Of a DNA stretch of 64,000 nt, positions 1 to 10,799 are shown in pieces. This stretch comes from Mobula hypostoma. Taxonomy: Eukaryota. Location: NCBI RefSeq assembly GCF_963921235.1, contig NC_086097.1:85438001-85502000 (forward strand), written 5' to 3'. The position numbers and the translations under genes were made by a program. The notes below the pieces were generated by a model. It did no database searches. It saw nothing but the letters and a program-made list of their open reading frames with translations, and was not told where the DNA came from. Position 1 is the stretch's first letter, and each line of letters begins with the position of its first letter.

Positions 1-3000
1 GCTGAGAGGCTGATATAGGGGGCAGGGCTTCAGATTCCTGGATCATTGGGGTCTCTTCTGGGGGAGGTATGACCTGTACAAAAAGTACGGGTTACACTGA
101 ATCCAAAGGGGTCCCATATCCTAGCAGGCAGGTTTAATAGAGCTGTTAGTGAGGGTTTAAACTAATTTGTCAGGGGGATGGGAACCGGAGTGATAGGGAT
201 GAGGAAGGGGAAAACAGAAATAAATCAAAGAAAGTGTGCGACAGAGATGATAGAAAGGACAGGCAGGAGATGAGGCATAATCACAGCCAGTGGGATGAGT
301 TACAGGGCGATAGTGGCATGGTGCAGTTAAAACAGAAAGCAACAAATACTGGACTGAAAATATTAAATTTGAATGCATACAGCATAAGAAATAAAATGGA
401 CGATCTTGAAATTCAGCTACAGACTGGCAAATATGACATTCTGGCCACCTCTGAAACTTGGCTAAAGGATGGCTGCCATTGGGAGCTAAACATCCAAGGA
501 TATATGGTATATCAGAAAGATAGGTTAGTAGGCAGAGGGGGTGGTGTGGCTCTGTGTATAAGAAATAATATTCAATCATTAGGAAGGGATAACATAGGAT
601 TGGAAGGTCTAGAGTCTCTACAGGTTGGGTTAAGAAATGACAAGGATAAAAGGACCCTAATGACAGGCCACCAAACAGCAGCCGGGATGCGGATTACAAA
701 TCACAGCAGGAGATAGAAAAGGTGTTTCAGAAAGGCAATGGCATGATAATCGTTGGGAACTTTAACATGAAAGTGGATTGGGAAAACCAGGCCAGTACTC
801 TACCTCAAGAGAGAGATTTTGTAGAACGGCTAAGGGATGGCTTTTTAGAACAGCTTGTTGTTGAGCCCACTAGGGGATCAACTGTGCTGGATTAGGTGTT
901 GTGCAATGATCTGGAGGTGATAAGAGAGCTTAAGGTTAAGGAACCCTTAGGGAACAGTGATCACAATATGTTCGAGTTTGCTTTGAAGTTTGAGAAGGAG
1001 AAACTAAATTCCAATGTGTTGGTATTTCAGTGGAATAAAGAACATTACAATGGCGTGAGAGGGGAAGCGGCCAAGGATGACTGGAAAGAGACACTAGCAG
1101 GAAGGACAGGAGAAGCAGCAATGGCTGGAGTTTCTGCGAAAAATGAGGGAAGTGCAAAAGAGATATATTCCAAATAAGAAGAAATTTTCAAAGGGAAGAA
1201 GGACATGATCGTGGCTGACAAATCAAGTCAGAGCCAAAGTAAAGGCAAAAGAAAGGGCATACAAGGAAGCCAAAGCTAGTAGGAAGATAGAGGATTGGGA
1301 GGATTGGGATCGGGATAGAGAATTAGAAAACTTGCAGAATGAAACTAAGAAGGTCATTAGGAAGGAGAAGATGAATTATGAAAGGAAGCTGGCAACTAAT
1401 ATCAAAGAAGATACTAAAAGCTTTTTTAAGTATATAAAGGGTAAAAGAGAGTTGAGATATAGGACCAGTAGAAAATGATGCTGGAGATATTGTAATGAGA
1501 GATGCTGATTTGGCAGAGGAACTGAATGCACATTTTGCATCAGTCTTCACAGTGGAAGACATCTGCAATATACCGGACATTCAAGAGTGTCAAGGAAGTG
1601 AAGTATGTGCAATGAAAATTACAACTGAGAAGGTGCTCAGGAAGCTTAATGACCTGAGGGTGGATAAACCTCTTGGACCTGATGGAATGCACCCTCTGGT
1701 TCTTAAGGAAGTAGCTAGAGAGATTGCAGAGGCATTAAACAATGATCTTTCAACAATCGATAGATTCTGGCATTGTACCGGATGACTGGAAAATTGCAAA
1801 TGTTACTCCACTATTTAAAAAGGGTAGGAGGGAACAGAAAGGAAACTATAGACCTGTTAGCCTGACATCAGTGGTTGGGAAGTTGTTGGAATCAATTGTT
1901 AGGTATGAGATTAAGGAGTACTTGGAGGTACATGACAAGATAGGCCAAAGCCAGCATGGTTTCCTGAAAGGAAAATCCTGCCTGACTAACCTACTGCAAT
2001 TTTTTGAGGAAATTACAAGCAGAGTAGACAAAGGAGATGCAGTAAGTGTGGTGTATTTCGATTTCAGAAGGCCTTTGACAAGGTGCCACACGTGAGACTA
2101 CTTGGCAAGTTAAGATCCCATGGAATTATAGGGGAGTTACGAGCATGGGTGGAGCATTGACTGATCAGCAGAAAACAGAGAGTGGGAATAAAGGCTTTCT
2201 ATTCTGGCTGGCTGCCGGATACCAGTGGAGTTCCATAGGGGCCGGTGTTGGGACCGCTGCTTTTTATGATGTATGTCAATGATTTGGACTATGGAATTAC
2301 GTAATGAATTTGTGGCTAAATTTGCTGATGATAGAAAGAAAGGTGGAGGAGTGGGTAGCGTTGAGGAAACAGAGAGCCTGCAGAGAGACTTAGATAGTTT
2401 AGGGGAATGGGCAAAAAAATAGCAAATGAAATACAATGTTGGGAAGTGTATGGTCATGCACCTTGGTGGAAGAAATAAACGGGCAGACTATAATTTAGAT
2501 GGGGAGAGAATTCAAAATGCAGAGATTTTGGCCTTTGCAGGAGGTCTTGGGACTCCTTGTGCAGGATACCCTAAAGGTTAACCTCCAGGTTGAGTCGGTG
2601 GTGAAGAAAGCAAATGCAATGTTGGCAATCATTTCTAGAGGTACAGAATATAAGAGCAGGGATGTAATGTTGAGGCTCTATAAAGCACTCGTGAGACCAC
2701 ACTTAGAGAACTGTGTGCAGTTTTGGGCTCCTTATTTTAGAAAGGATATACTGACATTGGAAAGGGTTCAGAGAAGATTCACAAGAATGATTCCAGGAAT
2801 GAAAGGGTTACCGTATGAGGAACGTCTGGCAGCTCTTGGGCTGTATTCCCTGGAGATCAGGAGAATAAGGGGGGGATCTCATAGAAACATTCCGAATGTT
2901 AAAAGGGCTGAACAGATTAGATATAGCAAAGTTATTTCCCATGGTAGGGGAGTCCAGGACAAGAGGGCACAACTTCAGGATTAAAGGATGTCCTTTTAGA

Positions 3001-3250
3001 ACAGAGATGTGGAGAAATTAGAGGGTGGTAAACCTGTGGAATTTGTTGCCTTGAGCAGCTGTGGAGGCCAAGTCATTGGGTGCATTTAAGGCAGAGATAG
3101 ATAGGTTCTTGATTAGCCAGGGCATCAAAGGGTTTGGGGATAAGGCAGGGGAGTGGGGATGACTGGAAGAATTGGATCACCCCATGATTTTTGGCAGAGC
3201 AGACCCAATGGGCCGAATGGGCCACTTCTGCTCCTATATCTTATGGTCTT
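1..3250 (+). mobile_element. CR1-clade LINE, degenerate: end of ORF1 (esterase-like) plus frameshifted ORF2 (APE endonuclease + RT) and 3' tail
   Basis: ORF fragments LNLNAYSIRNK..ETWL..GRGGGVAL (APE), SDHNM, WKIANVTPLFKKG..NYRPVSLTSVVGKLLE, QHGF..KSCLTNLL, LYKALVRPHLE. 3' end ..TCTGCTCCTATATCTTATGGTCTTA. Many stops and frameshifts. Confidence 0.93.
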
Positions 3251-3580
3251 ACATCTATAGAAATCAGCGAGTTTTTTGGTGACATACCAAATCTCCTCAA
3301 ACTCCTACTGAGATATAACCACTGTCTTGTCTTCTTTATAGCTGCAGCGATATGTTGGGACCAGGTTAGGTCCTCAGAGGTATTGACACCCAGGAACTTG
3401 AAACTGCTCACTCTCTCCACTTCTGAATCCACTATGAGGACTGGTGTGAGTGCCCTTGTCTTCCCTTTTCAAAGTCCACAATCGGTTCTTTGGTTTTACT
3501 GACGTTGACTACAAGGGTTGTTGCTGCGACACCACTCAACCAGCTGGTATATCTCACTCCTGTATGCCCTCTCATCAACA
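3251..3580 (-). mobile_element. Rex1/Babar-like LINE fragment (RT C-terminal part)
   Basis: ORF 3241..3432: EVERVSSFKFLGVNTSEDLTWSQHI..RQWLYLSRSLRRFGMS. Confidence 0.8.
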
Positions 3581-4088
3581 TTAAGCATTAGAGATTTATC
3601 AGTGTCAGGGATATGTAGACTGTGTCGTCTTCAAGGATATGAACAGGAAACTAAACACCAACTTTTAAAGGGATTGTGCTCATTGTTAACATTATGACAG
3701 AATGCATCCATAACCTCAGATAATATATATTTCTGGATGATTAACCAATGGGGATGTCTCTGTTTCCCCACATTGCCAGTCCCTCTCCATTTTCCTGTAG
3801 TCTCTACTAGTTTTACAGAGTAACCCAACGAATTTTGCAAAAAAAAATCAGCGAAATCATTACATTTTAGACTTCTTTTCAGCTCACACAGTATATCGTG
3901 AGAAAAAGAAGGCAATGTAGTTTTACTCTTAGAATGAATGTAAATGCTAATACTGGCAAAGATGATTTTCTGATGTTTATGACTACCTAAAGTATGATCT
4001 GTCTGAGGTCTATGACAATTCATGCTGAGACTGGTGTGAAGAAATGAGGTGCAAGTACAGTATACTCGGTGTACAGTACAACCTGTCA

Positions 4089-4358
<270 letters not shown>

Positions 4359-5140
4359 CTAACTTACCATTCAAGCCTATTGACTGCATTGCTCTAAATG
4401 GCTGGGCTGAACATTATATGTATGCTATTTTCATATAATACTCCACTCACTGTTCATTTTTCTACAGCTTTTACACTGATTTTATTGGGGATGGGGAATT
4501 CCTACAGCTTTATTCAGAAGCTCTGTTTCCTCTGTGTTTAAACGTTGTCTATTTTCTGACCAAATTGATTTCATTTGTTGCACTGTGACTTGCATCTGCA
4601 CGTCTCCAACAGATACCATGTTATCAACAGATACTCCATCAACTTCCTCACAATGCAATTTCAATTTCAAGTATGTCATCAAATCACAGCATGGGGCATT
4701 TTCTTCACTCTGACAAATAAGCTTTGTTTAAGTGGAAAAATAATATGCAGGATTACATGGGATATTTGGAACAGAAAGAACCAACTTGTCCAAGCTGATA
4801 TTCATGCACCACTCCAGCCTCCACTCTTTTCCTTGTCTACATCTATCACTGTAACTCTCTATTCTCTTCTCCCTTCCATTCTTTTACACCCTCTCCTTAA
4901 TCCCATCCATGCTTTTTACTTCAAATACATATTGTGATCAGGTGTTCCATGTTCTCACTAAACTTTAGATAAATAACTTCTCTCTGCATCTACTTTACCA
5001 AAAGTTCTCATTGTTTTAAAAGTCACTGTTAGATTACCCCTCAGCCTTGCTTTCTCAAAAGAAGAGACCCAGTGTGTTCCTTTCCTGATCCATGTAACCT
5101 CTGATACTATCCTTGTAGATCTCCACTACATCCTCTAGAG

Positions 5141-5218
5141 CAGGAGTTCCAAACCTTGGGTCCATGGACCCCTTGCTTAATGGCATTGGTCCATGCATAA
5201 AAGAGGTTGGGAACCATG
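5141..5218 (+). mobile_element. ~80-bp hAT (Charlie-like) MITE, copy 1 of 4
   Basis: TIRs CAGGAGTTCCAAACC / GGTTGGGAACCATG; TCTAGAG on both flanks. Confidence 0.75.
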
Positions 5219-5384
5219 TCTAGAGTATCTCTATATTCCTTTTACAATGATAACAATTTAAAATGAGGTATTCCATTTTATTTGATATTACTGGGTAAAA
5301 TATCACTGTATGAGTACATCTTAGTGTATTGTAAAAATATCAGTGAACACATCGTGGTAACCTCTTTGGTAGCACATACTTGTA

Positions 5385-5575
5385 CACCTTTCCCTCTCCT
5401 ACCTTCTTATTCTGGCTTCTTCCTCCTTTCTTTCCAATCCTGAAAAAAGGTCTCAGCCTGAAATGTTGACTGTTTATTCATTTCCATAGATGCTGCCTGA
5501 CCTGCTGAGTTCCTCCAGCATTTTGTGTGGGTTGCCTTGGAAGTCCAGCATCTGCAGAATCTCGTGTTTATGATA
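5385..5575 (+). mobile_element. Penelope-like element 3' terminal remnant with a decayed hammerhead motif (5435-5472)
   Basis: CAATC-CTGAAAAAAGG-TCTCAG-CCTGAAATGTTGACTG followed by GATGCTGCCTGACCTGCTGAGTTCCTCCAGCATTTTGTGTG, the same block that follows the GIY-YIG remnant at 42633-43212. Confidence 0.7.
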
Positions 5576-5599
5576 ACACTTCATAGTGCATGAATGTAG

Positions 5600-7512
5600 C
5601 AGTTTTGTTGCATTCTTGTTCTCATGAGCTAGAACATCTAATAATGAGGTGCTGTTCTTTTTACTTACCAAGAGAGTTCTCTTCCATGACATGCCAACTT
5701 CACATAACACCAAAGGCAGATGTTAAGCAAGCACTTGATGCCATTCGCAAACAAGGAACAGCCTACCCCAAAGCTTCAAATCATTGCTAGGGACTTCAAT
5801 CAGGCTTGCTTGAAGAAATTTCTACCCGATTATCATCAACCTATGACAGCAACACAAAGGATCCTAACGCACTCGACCACTGTTAAGACTATGATCAGGA
5901 ATGCCTACCACTCCATCCCTGACTGCATTTCGGGAAATCTGATCATCAGGCTGTCCTCCTCCTATCTGGACACAGGAAGAGGCTAAAGAGCAGGGCACTA
6001 CAGGTGAGGAAAACAAAGAGAGGTCATGAGAGGCCAAGGAGTGGCAATGAGATTGCTTCGAGTCAATGGACTGGGACATGTTCAATGACTCATCAGAGGA
6101 TCTGAACGAATACACCACAGTTGTTCATGGACATTACAAAAACATTCATGGACAAGTGTGTCTTCACAAAATCATTCAGAGTCTTCCCCAACCAAAATCC
6201 CTGAATGAACCAGGAGATCCCCAATTTGCTGAGGGCTTAGATCAATTGCAACCAAGGAAAGTACAAGAGAGTCAGGTACCACTTCAGGAAAGGCATTTCA
6301 CATATGAAATGGCAATTCTGGACCAAACTTAAGTCACTGAAGGATGCTCAACAGCAGTGGCAGTGCTTGAATACTATCACTTCCTACAAAGTAAAACCAA
6401 GCGACATATGTGACAACAAGGTTTTGCTTCCAGGTGAGCTCAATGCCTTTTATGCTTACTCTGACCAACAGAACATGGAGGCACCTTCACGGACTCCATT
6501 CATGTATGGAAAATCCGACACAAAGTAGTGGATATGGCCCAGTCCATCACAGATAAAGCCATCCCCACCATTGAGCACATCTCCCTGGAGCATTATCACA
6601 GGAAAGCAGCATCCATCATCAGGGACCCCCACCACCCAGGTCATGCTCTCTTCTTGCTGCTGCATTAGGAAGAAGGTACAGGAGCAACGGTTCCCACAAC
6701 CTATGGACTCTCTTTCAAGGACTCTTCATCTCACGTTCTTGATATTTATTGCTTTTTTTTCTCTTTTGTATTAGCACAGTTTGTTGTCTTTTGCCCCTTG
6801 GTTGTTGTCCGTCCTGTTTGATGCAATCCTTCATTGATTCTATTGTGGTTCCTGGTTTTACTGAGTGTGCCCACAAGAAACGAATCTCACAGTACATATA
6901 TGTACTTTTATAATAGATTTACTTTGAATTTTTGAACTTTGAGCTCCTGACGACCCTGTGCTTTCAGTCTCTGAGGCGGATGTGAGAGCATCCTTCAGGA
7001 AAGTGAACCCACGGTAAAAATCTGGCCCAGATGGTGTACCCGAGCTACAATAAACTGGAGTGTTACTGATATCTTTAATCTCTCGCTTTGACAATCTGAA
7101 GTTCCCACCTGCTACAAGCAGGCTTCAAACATACCGATGCCAAAGAAGAACATGGTAACCTGTCTCAATTAATATCATCCAGCAGCACCTACGTGCACTG
7201 TGATGAAGTGCTTTGAAAGGTTGGTGATGAAATATATCAACTCCTGCCTGAGAAGCGACTTGGACCCGCTCCAATTTGGCTTCTATCTCAACGGGTACCT
7301 CCCCGTGCAACTGGATTCTCATTTCTCATTTGCAGACCCCGGTCAGTGCAGATTGGTGACAACATCTCCACGATTACCATCAGTACAGGCGCACCACAAG
7401 GCTGTGTGCTTAGCCCCCTGCCCTACTTGCTTCATACTTGTGACTGTGAGGCTAAGTATAGCTCCAATGCCACATTTAAGTTTGCCAACGACCCCGCTGT
7501 TGTTTGCTGAAT
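5600..7512 (+). mobile_element. Degenerate Rex1/Babar-like LINE with a nested 3' fragment of a related LINE (~6503-6942)
   Basis: [50 protein letters not shown] remnants. Nested piece ends in a TTTGAAC-type tail. Confidence 0.75.
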
Positions 7513-7589
7513 CAGAGTTCAAAGTATGTTTATTACCAAAGTAAGTATACTCTATACAACCTTGAGATTTGTCTTCTTGTAGGCAGCTA

Positions 7590-7957
7590 CAAGGCATAGA
7601 AGTGCTTAAGATGACGGGATTGATTGTGTGGATAACCAGAGGCTTTTTCCCAGGGCTGAAATGGCTAACGCGAGAGGGCATAGTTTTAAGATGCTTGGAA
7701 ATAGGTACGGGGGGGATGTCAGAGGCAACATTTTACACAGAGAGTGGTGGGTGTGTGGAATGCACTGCCAGCAAAGGTGGTAGAGGCGGATACAATAGTG
7801 TATTTTAAGAGACTCTTAGATAGCTACCTGGAGCTTAGAAAAATAGAGAGGTATTCAGTTGCAAAATTCTAGGCAGTTTCTAGACTGGGTTACAAGGTCG
7901 ACACAACATTGTGGGCCGAAGGGCCTGTAATGTGCTGTAGATGTCTATGTTCTATGT
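7590..7957 (+). mobile_element. CR1 3' fragment
   Basis: TTTTACACAGAGAGTGGTG..TGGAATGCACTGCC..GGGCCGAAGGGCCTGT..TCTATGTTCTATG tail. Confidence 0.8.
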
Positions 7958-7987
7958 AAACACAATACAATCCATTTAAAACAAAAA

Positions 7988-8123
7988 CAGACATCCCACC
8001 TCTCCCAGAAGTTCCAGGAGTCTCCCGCATATTAATAGTGGCTCCCTGATGCCCGCAAATTATGTACAATGTCCCGGAAACCAATTTTTCTGACAGCGAG
8101 AGAGCGTGCAAGAGTGACAGAGA

Positions 8124-8166
<43 letters not shown>

Positions 8167-8514
8167 AAGAGTGTTCCAAAAAAAGAAAATATAAAATGTA
8201 CATCACCCCAGACTGCCCTAAAGTGTACCCCTGCCTAATAGGGGTCAAAATAATGACAGTGTTGCTCGCTGCACTGTTTGCAACAGTGACTTTTCTATTG
8301 CCCATGGTGGGTTAATACTGTAAAAGACATGTCGAGGTGAGTTTAACAGGTGTCATTCGTTCATTAGCGTAGCTAACGTTATTTAAACTAGCTGGCTAGC
8401 TGCTAAGGAGCTACTCTATCGCAGACATCCCACCTCTCCTGGAAGTTCCGGGAGTCTCCCGCAAATTGATGGTGCTACCTCCCTGAAATGAGTTTCTGCA
8501 GGGTGGGATATCTG
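7988..8514. mobile_element. Non-autonomous DNA transposon with 13-bp TIRs, internal (GA)n tract and an internally duplicated left end
   Basis: CAGACATCCCACC (7988) ... GGTGGGATATCTG (8514). Left-end block repeated at 8422. TCCCG/CGGGA subterminal motifs resemble hAT-Blackjack. Flanked by A-runs. Confidence 0.7.
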
Positions 8515-8902
8515 AAAAACCCACACAGTAAAGACCATCAAACACACAATGTGCGAAAATAAAGAACAAATAGTGCAAACGGTAAAAAAAGTAAACAAAT
8601 AACACACAGAACATGAATCAGAGTCCCCAGTAGTGAGTGCGGCCGCTGAGCCAATTCAGTGTTGAGGCGAGTGAAGCTGGTCCTGGAGCCCGATGGCTGC
8701 ACGGTCAGTCCAGGACTGAGGCGAGTCCCAGTGACTACAGGCCACACCTGCAGAGCCAGTCCAGTGCTGACACGGGTAAACCTCGTAGAGTTGTGAACTC
8801 AACAGCGCTTCAAGCTGCTGAAACTGTAGAAGAAATCCAAACAAAGGCACATGGAACATGAACAGCAGCTCTCTGAAAGTGAGTCCACAGCTGCGGAGCA
8901 CA

Positions 8903-9632
8903 TTCAGCGCCGAGGCGGGTGAAGCCCGTTCAGCGCCGAGGTGAGAGAAGCCCATCCAGCGCTGAGGGGAGAGAGGCCCGTTCAAAGCTGAAGTGAGAGA
9001 AGCCCGTTCAGTGCCGAGGGGAGAGAAGCCCATTCAATGCCGAGGGGAGAGAGGCCCGTTCAAAGCTGAGGTGAGAGAAGCCCATTCAATGCCGAGGGGA
9101 GAGAGGCCCGTTCAAAGCTGAGGTGAGAGAAGCCCGTTCAGTGCCGAGGGGAGAGAGGCCCATTCAATGCCGAGGGGAGAGAAGCCTGTTCAGTGCCGAG
9201 GTGAGAGAGGCCCGTTCAACGCCGAGGGGAGAGAGGCCCGTTCAATGCCGAGGGGAGAGACGCCCGTTCAACGCCGAGGTGAGAGAGGCCCGTTCAACGC
9301 CGAGGGGAGAGAGGCCCGTTCAACGCCGAGGGGAGAGAGGCCCGTTCAGTGCCGAGGGGAGAGAGGCCCGTTCAACGCCGAGGTGAGAGAGGCCCGTTCA
9401 ACGCCGAGGGGAGAGAGGCCCGTTCAACGCCGAGGGGAGAGAGGCCCGTTCAGCGCCGAGGGGAGAGAGGCCCGTTCAGCGCCGAGGGGAGAGAGGCCCG
9501 TTCAGCGCCGAGGGGAGAGAGGCCTGTTCAAAGCTGAGGTGAGAGAAGCCTGTTCAGCACTGAGGTGAGAGAGGCCCGTTCAACGCCGAGGTGAGAGAGG
9601 CCGGTTCAGCGCCGAGGCGGGTGAAGCCCGTC
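8903..9632. repeat. 26-bp GC-rich minisatellite, about 28 units
   Basis: Consensus GCCGAGGGGAGAGAGGCCCGTTCAAC repeated head-to-tail. Confidence 0.95.
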
Positions 9633-9708
9633 CAGGGGTCTGATGGCTGCAGGGCAACAACTGTTCCTGAACCTGGCGGTGTAGGACTCCTGCAAATCCC
9701 AGCCGGTG

Positions 9709-10564
9709 TGTTACATGCTCAAGGAGATCTGTTTTTTTTTGTGAGAATGATGTAATGGTCTTTTGGAGGTCACCTGACATGATTTTCCCGCCGATGTGAG
9801 GTCACATGATGACATGTGCCCCCTGACTATATAAGGATCGACCCAAGTGACGCAGTTGGGTTTTCAGTTTGTAGATTTCCAGCTAGAACGTGCTGTATCT
9901 CCGTTTCTGTTGCGTGTTTGTTTTTGGTGACGCAGTTTCATTTTTAAAACGGAGCGTGCGTTCTGTTGCAAAATACCATATTATTTGGACTGGAAATTTT
10001 TGCTAAATGCGTTGATTTACTCAATTCCAACATTAGAAGGGAGAGTGAAGAATTTATCGAAGTTACAGGATCGAAGGGTCGAGAGGAGTCGGCATCGTTT
10101 GGCAGTTTAATAAAGGATCGACCTTATTGAGTCTTCGTTGGAGGAGTAGCTACCTGCATCGAGATAACTCTTGCCAAAAAGAGCAAGTAGTTCATGCAAA
10201 AAGGTGCTCTCTCTCACTCTAAAGGAATTTAAACTGTTTATTTTCGGCATCGTGAATCCTGTGGACAGAACCAGCAGTAAAGTTGCGTCTGTGAAGAAAT
10301 CCTTCTCCAGAGAAGTCTCTCCCAATTGAATATGTAGATCTGTTGGACTTTCGAAGTTATCGCTTTAAGAACTGTTTTCGCATTTAATGCTTTAAGAACC
10401 AGAGCCGAGTGGCGAGTTGGTGAATAGCTGCGTATCTGTTAACTTCCGGTTAAAGTTTTCGTTTGTTTTTTTTTTTCCTTACCGTTTATCCGTGTTTAAT
10501 GAATGTTTGGTTGTTTTTATATAACCTGTCTCGATTGATATTCATTGTTGCCTTTTACATAACA
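9709..10564 (+). mobile_element. Solo LTR (856 bp), Gypsy- or ERV-like
   Basis: TGTTA...TAACA termini; 4-bp TSD GGTG (9705-9708 / 10565-10568); TATATAA at 9828; interrupts a LINE 3' remnant. Confidence 0.85.
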
Positions 10565-10799
10565 GGTGACAGTAGCAAGAAGAGAGGGAGACTGGTCAAA
10601 CAGGGGCAGACAGCGCTGAACACCTGTTCATTTCCCATTCTTGTCCCCAATGACGTTAATCTTGTTCGACACTTTAACTGGTGCGGAGTAATGGAGCCAA
10701 CAACGGGTTCGGCTTTCTCCAGCAGGACTCGGCGCAGTGTACGCCCCCAGTTACGGCCACCCCAGCCATAAATGCACTCTTAAGAATCTACTTCGCTGA

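Noticed and set aside
9123..9568. Arg/Gly/Glu-rich repetitive ORFs
   Set aside because: They are translations of the 26-bp minisatellite; the unit is not a multiple of 3 and there is no gene context.
8903..9632. CRISPR-like appearance of the regular repeats (also 59515-60225)
   Set aside because: Units are head-to-tail with no unique spacers, there are no cas genes, and the context is eukaryotic.
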